Shown here: positions 19,969-28,562 of the stretch, piece after piece | Position numbering within the stretch: position 1 is the stretch's first letter | How the letters are laid out: every line of letters begins with the position of its first letter | NCBI GenBank assembly: GCA_039024555.1 | Contig: JBCCQQ010000057.1 | Span: forward strand, 1 to 41,036 | Origin: Cyanobacteria bacterium P01_D01_bin.156 | Lineage (GTDB): Bacteria; Cyanobacteriota; Cyanobacteriia; Phormidesmidales; Phormidesmidaceae | Direction of reading: 5' to 3' | DNA: 41,036 nt | Position numbers and translations under genes: made by a program | Notes under the pieces: model-generated | Database searches by the model: none | What the model saw: only the letters and a program-made list of their open reading frames with translations | What the model was told of the DNA's origin: nothing

Positions 19969-20676
19969 CTAGGCAACAGTGCTAAGTGCAGGCTGAGCCT
20001 CGATTTTTGTCGCGCTACTTAAACCAGGCCGAACAAACTTGTTGTTGACGATGTTGATGTAGTGTTCAACATCGGTTGAGAGGTTTGAAAAATGTGACGA
20101 TAAGCTTTGTCCGCGTTCTGCTGGTGTCTCACCCTTGGCCGCGTAACCGTAGCGACCATTAAAGAGCACAATAGCAATGGTTTTGTCCTCTTTTGTTTTC
20201 ATCATTGCTTCTGTGACGGCCAGCTGTAGTGGTGCCTGCTCACTGGGGTAAACAAGATTGAGCGCCGCCCTGGCACAGTCGTCTTGCCAAGCCCCCGATG
20301 ATAGCCATGTATCGCAAATATATCGACCAGGGGGGTGTTCGGTGGGTAAATAGCCCCTGGCGGTAAAGGTAACCCCTTTGTATTGCAAATTTGGAAACGC
20401 ACGGAGGTATTCCTGGGCAACCGATGATAGTTGTAACAGGGTGTCTCGACCCAGGGCTGCGGCAAACACAATTTGTCTACCCTCTGCAATGAGATTAATA
20501 CCGTTGTTGAAGGTAATCTGTACGGCCTGAGGCGTATGGACTGGCTTTTGAGCAATCTCCCAGTCCTGGGGAATGACACCGCTGTAGCGCAAGATGGCTG
20601 GATTAACCATCGCTGGATTGAGATCCGCCGCTGTAATTGCGATCGCACAATCCTGCGCCATAAAGCTAGGAAACAT
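19969..20676 (-). CDS. Conserved cyanobacterial hypothetical protein (235 aa), directly upstream of the giant gene
   Basis: ORF with motif LNPAMVNPAILRYSGVIPQDWE...QITFNNG, which I recall from cyanobacterial hypothetical proteins. It is co-oriented with the giant ORF and 115 bp upstream of it. Confidence 0.8.
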   Translation of the reverse strand: MFPSFMAQDCAIAITAADLNPAMVNPAILRYSGVIPQDWEIAQKPVHTPQAVQITFNNGINLIAEGRQIVFAAALGRDTLLQLSSVAQEYLRAFPNLQYKGVTFTARGYLPTEHPPGRYICDTWLSSGAWQDDCARAALNLVYPSEQAPLQLAVTEAMMKTKEDKTIAIVLFNGRYGYAAKGETPAERGQSLSSHFSNLSTDVEHYINIVNNKFVRPGLSSATKIEAQPALSTVA

Positions 20677-20813
20677 ATCTAATCCTGCTGTTTAATACTG
20701 CTGCAGGTATAGTTCCCTGGCCCTTAGGAACCTATCTGAGTAATGTCACGCTGATTTATTCAAGCTAAATCACTCTTTTTTTACATCTTTTACGTAAGCA
20801 ATAAGCGCCGATG

Positions 20814-20832
20814 TTAGCTGATAATCAGCTAA
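20814..20832. promoter_or_regulatory. Perfect 9-1-9 palindrome, candidate transcription-factor site
   Basis: TTAGCTGAT-A-ATCAGCTAA, ~140 bp upstream of the 235-aa gene. Confidence 0.4.
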
Positions 20833-21138
20833 GAATGCTTCTTAATTGCCTAAAATCAGTAATTCACTTTTGTAGCCTCCTACTTGCATAGCCTTAGACA
20901 GCTATCTAACCTTACCGAGAGAGTTTTACGTATCAGTGAAGGAGCAATCACAGTGTCCCTACAGGCTTTTTAGGCTTAACCCGTGAAGTCGAGTCTTAAC
21001 AGCTCCTTAGGCTATCAAGTTCAAGCAGAACTTTGTTACAGTGAACGCTCTAGAGTGCGCACCGATACCCTGTGCCAGCCGATAGGCTCTGTGACTCCCT
21101 TAGGTGGGCTAGTCTTCAAAAAGATGGTCTGGCCATGT

Positions 21139-22167
21139 TTAAACCATCTTCCAGGCAAGCTCTTCCCCTGCTCGTAATGGCACCAAGCCAGCATCAGGAA
21201 ATGGTACCTCATTGGGAATACGCCAGGTTGTTTTAGCTAGCGTAATCTGGTCTGTGTTACGGGGCAGCTGGTAAAAGTCTGGCCCATGAAAGCTAGCAAA
21301 CGCTTCTAGCTTATCCAGAGCGTCTACACTTGCAAATACTTCTGCATACAGTTCCATCGCATGCAGTGCCGAATAACATCCCGCACAACCGCAGGAAGTT
21401 TCTTTTTTATTGCGACCATGGGGGGCACTGTCCGTCCCTAAAAAGAATTTCGGATTGCCAGATGTGACAGCGTCTAAAATGACTTTTCGATGGGTCTCTC
21501 GCTTTAGGATGGGCAAACAATAATAGTGGGGGCGAATGCCGCCTTTAAAGATAATGTTGCGGCTAAACAACAGATGCTGGGGTGTAACTGTGGCGGCGGT
21601 ATTGTCGTTATCTAAAACAAACTGTACGGCATCGGCAGTGGTAATGTGCTCCAACACAATACGCAGATTGGGAAATCGCTGTCTGAGCGGAATCAAGTGT
21701 TGCTCAATAAACACTTTTTCACGGTCGAATATATCCACATGGCTGTCGGTGACTTCCCCATGGAGTAGCAGGAGCATACCCACCTGTTCCATAGTGTCAA
21801 ATACGCGATCGCACTTTCGAATATCCGTTACCCCAAATTCTGAATTTGTTGTTGCCCCCGCCGGGTAATATTTCACCGCCTTAACAAAACCCGACTCCTG
21901 GGCTGCCTTAATATCGTCAGGCTTCGTCTTATCCGTTAGATACAGAGTCATTAACGGTTCAAACTGTTGCCCCTCTGGAACTGCCGCAAGGATGCGATCG
22001 CGATAGGCTGCCGCATCCGCCAACGTCCGCACCGGGGGCTTGAGATTAGGCATGACAATGGCACGGGCAAACTGACGTGCCGTATGGGGTAACACCGCTT
22101 TTAGAGCATCACCATCACGCAGGTGCAAATGCCAGTCATCGGGGCGGGTAATCGTAAGCTTTTCCAT
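21139..22167 (-). CDS. pyrC: Dihydroorotase (homodimeric, E. coli type)
   Basis: Motifs [39 protein letters not shown] and [10 protein letters not shown]. Confidence 0.97.
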   Translation of the reverse strand: MEKLTITRPDDWHLHLRDGDALKAVLPHTARQFARAIVMPNLKPPVRTLADAAAYRDRILAAVPEGQQFEPLMTLYLTDKTKPDDIKAAQESGFVKAVKYYPAGATTNSEFGVTDIRKCDRVFDTMEQVGMLLLLHGEVTDSHVDIFDREKVFIEQHLIPLRQRFPNLRIVLEHITTADAVQFVLDNDNTAATVTPQHLLFSRNIIFKGGIRPHYYCLPILKRETHRKVILDAVTSGNPKFFLGTDSAPHGRNKKETSCGCAGCYSALHAMELYAEVFASVDALDKLEAFASFHGPDFYQLPRNTDQITLAKTTWRIPNEVPFPDAGLVPLRAGEELAWKMV

Positions 22168-22251
22168 AATTCTGGATGGAGACGAGGTTCAAGCTGGTAG
22201 TAGTGGAGCTGATAGCAACCGTTAGAGCCCATCCATCATACCCCCGAGCTA

Positions 22252-23052
22252 ATGAACTCCCCGCTATACTTTTCAGGATTTACTACTTTATCCCCCGAGA
22301 TTGAGCTCCAGTTAATCCCTGATGCTAAGCCCCAGTATCTAAACCTTGGTGGTGATGCAGTCGTGATCTGTGTCCATGGGTTTACGGGCACCCCCTATGA
22401 AGTGGCTCCGGCAGCCCGTGCGATCGCAAATACAGGGTTATCTGCCGTTGCTCCCCTATTGCCAGGGCACGGCTATAAACAACGCTCCGACCAGGAACGA
22501 GCATTTGCCAGCATCACTAAAAAGAGAATGCTCGCCGCCGCACGACAAGAAATTGCCCAGGCCAGAAAGCAATACGCTCATGTAGGAATGTTTGGCTTTT
22601 CCATGGGAGGTGCAATCTCCTTAACCATGGCAGCTGAGGGCTTACTCGATGCCTGTGCCGTAGCTGCACCGGCCCTGCGTTTACCGCTCAAAGCAGAACG
22701 CTTAATTCCCCTAGTAGGCTGGGCGAGCTTTACCCTAGAAGCCCCCCATCAGGAGCCCTTTTATGTACCTGGTTATGAGTTTCAACATTCCTGGGCACTG
22801 AGAGCCCTGTGGCAGGTAAGTCGTCATGCCCGGTCTCAGTTGTCAAAGGTGCAATGTCCGGTTCTGGGAATTCACTCCCACAATGACTCAACCGTGCCGC
22901 CAATTGTATTGGGCTTAATGGAAAAACACATCCCCCAGCCGATCGAAACAGCCTGGTTTAACGATTCTGACCATTTAATGCTGCTAGATGTCAGTGGTCC
23001 AGATGTCGCCTTAACAATTGCCAACTTCTTTCAGCGTCAGTTTCTAAAATAA
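22252..23052 (+). CDS. Alpha/beta-hydrolase (carboxylesterase/lipase)
   Basis: Motifs HGFTG, LPGHG, nucleophile elbow GFSMGG, Asp in HNDSTVP and His in SDH. Confidence 0.9.
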   Translation: MNSPLYFSGFTTLSPEIELQLIPDAKPQYLNLGGDAVVICVHGFTGTPYEVAPAARAIANTGLSAVAPLLPGHGYKQRSDQERAFASITKKRMLAAARQEIAQARKQYAHVGMFGFSMGGAISLTMAAEGLLDACAVAAPALRLPLKAERLIPLVGWASFTLEAPHQEPFYVPGYEFQHSWALRALWQVSRHARSQLSKVQCPVLGIHSHNDSTVPPIVLGLMEKHIPQPIETAWFNDSDHLMLLDVSGPDVALTIANFFQRQFLK

Positions 23053-23198
23053 TGATTTTTCAGCCATCCACTTGGCAACATCTGTAGAGGGGCCAGGTAC
23101 TGTGTTCCCGCCACATCAAAGATATCTTGAGTAGATGACTGGGCACGTTAGAGGGCAATTCGATCTTTGCTCACTAAGCCCGCTGAGGCTACTGCTAC

Positions 23199-24119
23199 AT
23201 GCTACCCAAGAGCCATAACGCCAGTAAAATTTGCTATACAACCTTAGCGGTTGGATACGAATACAATTTACACGCTCAGCAACTGGTCAAGGATGTATTA
23301 CGCCTATCTCCCAATATACCTATTGTTGTCCTTACTGATCGACCTAATTCTTTCTGTAAAAACCAGAATGTCATTCCTATCAAACATACTATTAAATCGG
23401 TAGGGATATTTCACGACAAACTGCACTGTGTAGAAAAGAGTTTAGAAAGATTTGAAACCTGTATTTTTCTCGATGCCGATTGCAGACTTATTGAGGACAT
23501 ATCGCAATCTAGAGATTGGAAGCCAGGTTTAACAACTAAGAGCTGTTGGAATCTAAAAGAGCATGTCGTTCGCAAAAAGCAATGCAAATTAGCAGAGCTA
23601 GCAGATCTATTGATTTGTGATGTAGCTAAAGAATTTGAACTATCTCTTGATCACTGTAAGTTCATAAACGAAGCTGTCTTTATCGTACGCTCAGACAATC
23701 ACAAGGAATTAGAATTTTTGAAGATTTGGAAAACGTTACGAGACCGTTTTGAATTTAGTGGAGTCTTCTCTGGAGAAGGTGCTGCCATGGGTTTGGCGGC
23801 TGTTAAAGCAGGTCTCAACGTATACAAATATGATGCAGACTATGGTAAAGAAAACGTCAAAGATATTTATAAGGATAAGTTGTTCCATAAGTTCTTGTTT
23901 CACCAAGAACGTGAAGGGTTAACGGATGATTTATGTCAAAAAATCCTTGAATTTGATCGACAAAGGAGAAAAATTCAATCTTTACCATTTGAGCAGAAAG
24001 TCATTAGGAAGACAGTATCGGTGGTATCGCCTACAATGAAAATCCTCAGGCTTGCAAAACTCAAGATCAAAGGCTTTATAAACCCTGTCAATATACCTTC
24101 CCATAAACTGTTTGGTTAA
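23199..24119 (+). CDS. Hypothetical protein, probable GT-A fold glycosyltransferase
   Basis: 306-aa AT-rich ORF with IVVLTD, a conserved K (HDKL) and DxD motif IFLDADC. Confidence 0.6.
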   Translation: MLPKSHNASKICYTTLAVGYEYNLHAQQLVKDVLRLSPNIPIVVLTDRPNSFCKNQNVIPIKHTIKSVGIFHDKLHCVEKSLERFETCIFLDADCRLIEDISQSRDWKPGLTTKSCWNLKEHVVRKKQCKLAELADLLICDVAKEFELSLDHCKFINEAVFIVRSDNHKELEFLKIWKTLRDRFEFSGVFSGEGAAMGLAAVKAGLNVYKYDADYGKENVKDIYKDKLFHKFLFHQEREGLTDDLCQKILEFDRQRRKIQSLPFEQKVIRKTVSVVSPTMKILRLAKLKIKGFINPVNIPSHKLFG

Positions 24120-24204
24120 TTTCTGCTCTAATTGAAGCGGTCTGGCTAGACCTTTGATATTCTGTTTGACGTCGTCTGAATTTAGTTAACAGAGCAAAGC
24201 TATT

Positions 24205-24675
24205 ATGTCAGCACCAACCCGGATGCTTCTTTCCCACAATTGCACCCTAACTGCCGATCAGGTAGCGACCTTCAGCCGTGCTGACTTTGCCCAGGTATTT
24301 ATTGACGGGCTAAAAAGTCATGGAGACATTCAGTGCAGCCTGATTGAAAATCCCCACTGGGTTGTAGAAGTCTTGTTTGATGGGGAGCAAAAGTCTCCGA
24401 CGGAGATAGCTGCCCTATGTGCTCAAAGTTTGGCTGACCAACGGTTAGCAGACCCCGATAAGGCCATCGACAGCCATACAGTCATGTTATTGGGGGGACT
24501 CAAAACGACCCCAGCCATGGGCTCTTCCCCCACCTCCCTAAAGCCGGGAGAATGGGGGGTGGATGTGGTAGAAACCGTATCTCCTGATCAGTTTTTAGCC
24601 GGTTTAAACTGGGATACCGTTATTGCTAGTAAGCCCCCTGAGGAGATTTTTAAGGTTCTCCATATAGTGGAATAG
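24205..24675 (+). CDS. DUF2656-like conserved cyanobacterial protein
   Basis: Motifs RMLLSHN, HWVVE, LGGLKTTP and GEWGVDVVET. Family assigned from memory. Confidence 0.7.
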   Translation: MSAPTRMLLSHNCTLTADQVATFSRADFAQVFIDGLKSHGDIQCSLIENPHWVVEVLFDGEQKSPTEIAALCAQSLADQRLADPDKAIDSHTVMLLGGLKTTPAMGSSPTSLKPGEWGVDVVETVSPDQFLAGLNWDTVIASKPPEEIFKVLHIVE

Positions 24676-24686
24676 ACCGAGTAGCT

Positions 24687-24760
24687 GGAATTCGGAGTTT
24701 AGAATTCGGAATTCGAAAGACCTTTTAATTCCCACATCCGACTTCCGAATTCAAACTTCA
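24687..24760. repeat. Heptamer short tandem repeats in inverted arrangement (STRR-like) between convergent genes
   Basis: GGAATTC GGAGTTT AGAATTC GGAATTC faces TCCGACT TCCGAAT TCAAACT. It could fold as a hairpin. Confidence 0.6.
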
Positions 24761-24805
24761 CCCTAACCGAGATTTCCCACCTTAAGGTGTTACCTTAACC
24801 AGGGC

Positions 24806-25372
24806 CTAAACCTGCCGAATCACTCGACAAGGGTTGCCTACGGCTACACAGTTGGCTGGAACAGATTTGGTAACAACGCTACCGGCACCAATGGTGGTAT
24901 TGTCACCCACGGTTACACCAGGACAAATAATCACCCCGCCACCAATCCAGACATTATTGCCAATGGTGATGGGGGCTGCCATTTCCACCCCGGTGAGTCG
25001 AGTCGCTGGATCGGTGGGATGGTAAGCGGTGTAGATTTGCACATTGGGGGCAATTAATACATCATCACCCATGGTGACCCAGTTGCAATCGAGAATGGTG
25101 CAGTTGAAATTGATGTACAGATTTTTACCAGCTTGAATATGACAGCCATAATCGCAGTAAAACGGTGGCACAATTTCAAAGCCAGAACCCAGTCTGTGAA
25201 ACAGATTTTGAAGGATCTCTTGTCGCTGTTGGCGATGGTTGGGAGCTGTGGCATTTAGGGTATGTAGATGCTGCTGGGTAGCCTGTCGCATGGCAACGAG
25301 CTCCGGGTCCGTGGACAAGTAGGGCTCATTTGCCAGCATCTTCTGCCGTTCTGTTTTATTCGTCTTCGTCAT
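24806..25372 (-). CDS. maa: Sugar (maltose/galactoside) O-acetyltransferase
   Basis: Motifs PPFYCDYG, NFNCTILD, IYTAYHP, hexapeptide repeats and VAVGNPCRVI. Confidence 0.9.
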   Translation of the reverse strand: MTKTNKTERQKMLANEPYLSTDPELVAMRQATQQHLHTLNATAPNHRQQRQEILQNLFHRLGSGFEIVPPFYCDYGCHIQAGKNLYINFNCTILDCNWVTMGDDVLIAPNVQIYTAYHPTDPATRLTGVEMAAPITIGNNVWIGGGVIICPGVTVGDNTTIGAGSVVTKSVPANCVAVGNPCRVIRQV

Positions 25373-25712
25373 CTCCCCCCAGTTCGATGGCTAACTCGCT
25401 GGAAAACTTTGCAAAGGCCAGTAGTGCCTCCAACTCATTGTCGTGGGGACCATCCTGGCATTCACCCCATGCCCATTCCCAAAACCAGCTACCGGGATTT
25501 TCGCTGTCTTCAAATATCTCTAGCCCAGGAATAGAGTCAGCTGCTTTAGCTGGAATAGTTTCATAGGCAGCCCCCTGGAGAATGCTGCCTACCGCTTCAT
25601 CCACATCGATGGCATCCTCATCTGGGTCTTGATTAGCCTGCATCATGGAGATGGATTGGAGCAGACCATTAATATCAATGGGGCTTTTATCTGGGTTGGA
25701 ATTAGAGGTCAT
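25356..25712 (-). CDS. Small acidic hypothetical protein
   Basis: 118-aa ORF overlapping the maa start by 17 nt. It contains the motif GSWFWEWAWGECQDGP. Confidence 0.7.
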   Translation of the reverse strand: MTSNSNPDKSPIDINGLLQSISMMQANQDPDEDAIDVDEAVGSILQGAAYETIPAKAADSIPGLEIFEDSENPGSWFWEWAWGECQDGPHDNELEALLAFAKFSSELAIELGGDDEDE

Positions 25713-25808
25713 TCTAAAAAATTGGGCCGTTGCTGATTTAGGGGATAAACTGCTCTAGAGCAGCAATGATAATAACAGAGTGGTTAGGCCCTAGCCGCAA
25801 TGCTAGTT

Positions 25809-26231
25809 TTATCTTTTAATTTGCCATTCTCCTTGGGGTAGCCAAACAGCTCCGTCGGGGGCGTCAGCCATCACATAGATCCAGGCTTCTTTTAGCGGCT
25901 GACCAGCCAAATCAAAAACCGTTGTCCGTTGCCGGGTATATTCTTCCTCGTAGTCTGTAGCCGACGGTGTTTGCCCAGGGGGACTGTAGCCTTCTAAATA
26001 ATCGAGGCCGGGAAGTGCGATCGCGGCCAAGGTAAACAAATAGCCCTTAACCCAGTCATCCCCCGGGGTCATGACCGGATAGCCCAGGGTTGGTAAATCG
26101 TAGAGTCGCCCTCGCACCAGGACCGGTTGCGAGGCGTTTAAGTACGGAGCGCAATAGTGCTGATGATAGGTGCCTCCAGGTTTGAGGGTGCCATAGACAA
26201 ATACATCGATGGTCCTATCCCCAGTCTCCAT
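25809..26231 (-). CDS. Gamma-glutamylcyclotransferase (AIG2-like) family protein
   Basis: Motifs VFVYGTLKPG, GYP, LDYLEGY, YTR and AWIY. The ATG at 26231 is the preferred start; the ORF extends to 26276. Confidence 0.88.
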   Translation of the reverse strand: METGDRTIDVFVYGTLKPGGTYHQHYCAPYLNASQPVLVRGRLYDLPTLGYPVMTPGDDWVKGYLFTLAAIALPGLDYLEGYSPPGQTPSATDYEEEYTRQRTTVFDLAGQPLKEAWIYVMADAPDGAVWLPQGEWQIKR

Positions 26232-26393
26232 AGTGGTTTTACCTGACGTCATGCTGGGCAATGGCAAACTGAACACCTACACCGGTGGCAACAATTCCCA
26301 TCAAGGCCAGCACATAGCTGTAGCCGTAGAGTCACGCTCACAATACACCACTGCCTTACATCAATATTTTCTCAAAAAGGCGACACTAGTTGA

Positions 26394-26468
26394 AGCCCTT
26401 CCCTAACCCTTTCAATCTGGGGGAAACTAGTCTCAAAGCCCACAAATTTTAGGGGTTTGAGGGGCTGA
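26394..26468. repeat. Degenerate cyanobacterial C-run/G-run palindromic intergenic repeat
   Basis: AGCCCTTCCCTAACCC...CTGGGGG...CTCAAAGCCCACAAATTTTAGGGGTTTGAGGGGCT. A related sequence occurs at ~28493-28521. Confidence 0.5.
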
Positions 26469-26497
26469 ATAACTAGTAGCCCTGTTCTCCACTCCCC

Positions 26498-26533
26498 AAC
26501 CTGAATTTTTTTTCAGGTTAGATTCAGGCTAGC
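26498..26533 (+). promoter_or_regulatory. Candidate response-regulator binding site upstream of the NDH-2 gene
   Basis: Direct repeat TTCAGG(T/C)TAG at 26512 and 26523 (11-bp period), plus inverted repeat AACCTGAA-N6-TTCAGGTT (26498-26519). Confidence 0.5.
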
Positions 26534-26572
26534 AGTCAGAGAAATTGAGATATTAAAACTAAGCACCCACCG

Positions 26573-27883
26573 ATGGTACCCCCCATGCACTTTTCCACCA
26601 AGCCTCCAAGGGTTGTGGTTGTTGGCGCTGGCTTTGGCGGCATGCAAACGGCCCAATCGTTGGCCCAGAGCGGCGCTGAGGTCTTACTGATTGATCGCAA
26701 CAACTACAATACATTTGTGCCTCTGCTCTACCAGGTAGCGGCAGCTCAAATTGAGCCAGAAAGCATTGCTTACCCTCTGCGTACAGTGGTACGTCGCGCG
26801 CCCAGAACCCAGTTTTTGATAGCGGATGTACAGCGAATTGATTTTGACCACCAGCTTATCGACACTGAGGACGCGGTCATTCCCTATGACTATTTAGTGC
26901 TCTCCACCGGCAGTCAGACCCAGTACCTGGGAGTACCCGGTGCGGCAGACCATGCCTTTCCCCTGCGTACCCTGGATCAGGCAGTGGCCCTACGCAACCA
27001 TATCCTGAATCAGTTTGAGCAGGCGGCTCGCACCCATGACCCGATGCGGCTGCAGCAGCTACTTACCTTTGTCATCGTAGGTGGTGGCCCGACTGGTGTG
27101 GAAATGGCGGGTACCCTAGTGGAACTCAAGCGGTCTCTTCGTCGAGATTATCCCGGCCTTAACTGGCAGGCTATGCAAATCGTTTTAGTGCAGTCGGGGG
27201 ATAACCTGTTGGTTAATCTGCCAGAGAAGCTGGGGCGCTACACTACTCGAAAGCTCCAGCGGTTGGGGGTCAAACTTTATTTTGAAACTAGGGTTAGTCG
27301 GGTCACCGACCACACCGTAGAACTTTCCAACGGCGATGTTTTAACAACCGGCACAACCGTTTGGGCCGCTGGTCTAGAAGCTGCAATGCCCGACACCGTG
27401 GTGGAGCCACCCACAGCCCGCAAGCGCAAACTTAGGGTGCGCCCAACGCTGCAGCTGGTGGACCATGACAATGTGTATGCAATTGGTGATGTGGCCCATG
27501 TGGAGCACAAGCCGCTAACCGGAGTAGCCCCCGAAGCCCTACAGCAGGGAGTGGCAGTGGCCCGCAATATTCGCCGCCAGCTGATAGGCAAAACACCCCA
27601 GGCGTTTTCTTATCTGAATAAAGGACGGCTGGCGATTATCGGTGGCTATGCAGGCGTGGGTAAAATTGGCCCCGTTTTACTAACAGGATTTTTACCCTGG
27701 TTGATGTGGTTGAGCGTTCATTTGGTTTATTTACCTGGATTTCGCAATCGCCTAGTGGTGTTGATCAACTGGCTCCATGGCTACGGTCGTGGCGATCGCG
27801 CCATTCGTCTGATTTTCTCTCCTACATCCGCTATCCATTCTCCCCAAATCAGCCCCCCTATTGAGTCATCGGCTGTTAGGTAG
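26573..27883 (+). CDS. ndh: Type II NADH:quinone oxidoreductase (NDH-2 family FAD-dependent oxidoreductase)
   Basis: Motifs VVVVGAGFGG, FVPLLYQVA, IVGGGPTGVEMAG, WAAG, YAIGD, ALQQG and KGRLAIIG. Confidence 0.9.
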   Translation: MVPPMHFSTKPPRVVVVGAGFGGMQTAQSLAQSGAEVLLIDRNNYNTFVPLLYQVAAAQIEPESIAYPLRTVVRRAPRTQFLIADVQRIDFDHQLIDTEDAVIPYDYLVLSTGSQTQYLGVPGAADHAFPLRTLDQAVALRNHILNQFEQAARTHDPMRLQQLLTFVIVGGGPTGVEMAGTLVELKRSLRRDYPGLNWQAMQIVLVQSGDNLLVNLPEKLGRYTTRKLQRLGVKLYFETRVSRVTDHTVELSNGDVLTTGTTVWAAGLEAAMPDTVVEPPTARKRKLRVRPTLQLVDHDNVYAIGDVAHVEHKPLTGVAPEALQQGVAVARNIRRQLIGKTPQAFSYLNKGRLAIIGGYAGVGKIGPVLLTGFLPWLMWLSVHLVYLPGFRNRLVVLINWLHGYGRGDRAIRLIFSPTSAIHSPQISPPIESSAVR

Positions 27884-27984
27884 TTTTTCCCTAAGGTTGT
27901 GGCAATAGCCGGTTCCTGTTTGTCGTCTAGACCCATTTGTTTCTGATTTAGTTATTTATTCTCGTTTTAGGAGATTCTTTTCCC

Positions 27985-28389
27985 ATGGTTGCTCAAAAAT
28001 ATAGTGCTCTACTGGCTCGTACTGCGATCGCAGTGATCTTTCTCAACAGTGGTTTTGGCAAACTCTCTAACTTTAGCGGCACCCAGGAACAGATTGCCGG
28101 AGCGGGTCTACCCTTAGCGGCATTGGTGACCGTCTTTACCATAGCCTTTCAGCTGTTGGGAGGTACTTCCCTAGTATTGGGATACAAAGCCCGCATTGGT
28201 GCAGTCCTGCTGCTCGCATTTCTCATTCCAGCCACCCTGGTATTTCATAATCCCATTGCAGACCCTAGCCAAATGACCCAGTTTCTAAAAAACCTGGCTA
28301 TTATCGGTGGATTGCTAATGGTTACCGCCTACGGGTCTGGTCCCATCAGCCTAGATCACCGGGGCACATCTGCCCCCTCTTCTCTATAG
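27985..28389 (+). CDS. DoxX family membrane protein
   Basis: Four hydrophobic segments and motif FLKNLAIIGGLL...GSGPISLD. AGGAG RBS upstream. Confidence 0.9.
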   Translation: MVAQKYSALLARTAIAVIFLNSGFGKLSNFSGTQEQIAGAGLPLAALVTVFTIAFQLLGGTSLVLGYKARIGAVLLLAFLIPATLVFHNPIADPSQMTQFLKNLAIIGGLLMVTAYGSGPISLDHRGTSAPSSL

Positions 28390-28562
28390 TCTCAAGAATC
28401 GCTAGGATGAAGAAAATCCCAGAGAGGTGTTCTCTCAATGAGGCGACACTGGCAGAAGGTTCTGACTCTTCTCCAGATCTGAGGAGGTCAAAACTCAAGC
28501 CCCCCAGCTTTGGGGGCCTAGGAACCTGGATAAGCCATAGCCTCTTGCCGACAAATCCCCTC

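Noticed and set aside
20680..21138. Riboswitch or ncRNA upstream of the giant-protein locus
   Set aside because: I could not recognise a consensus (e.g. c-di-GMP, cobalamin) by eye. An Rfam scan would be needed.
28407..28562. N-terminal 52 aa of the sensor kinase
   Set aside because: It translates through an intergenic-type repeat. The ATG at 28563 directly precedes the typical basic+TM1 start.
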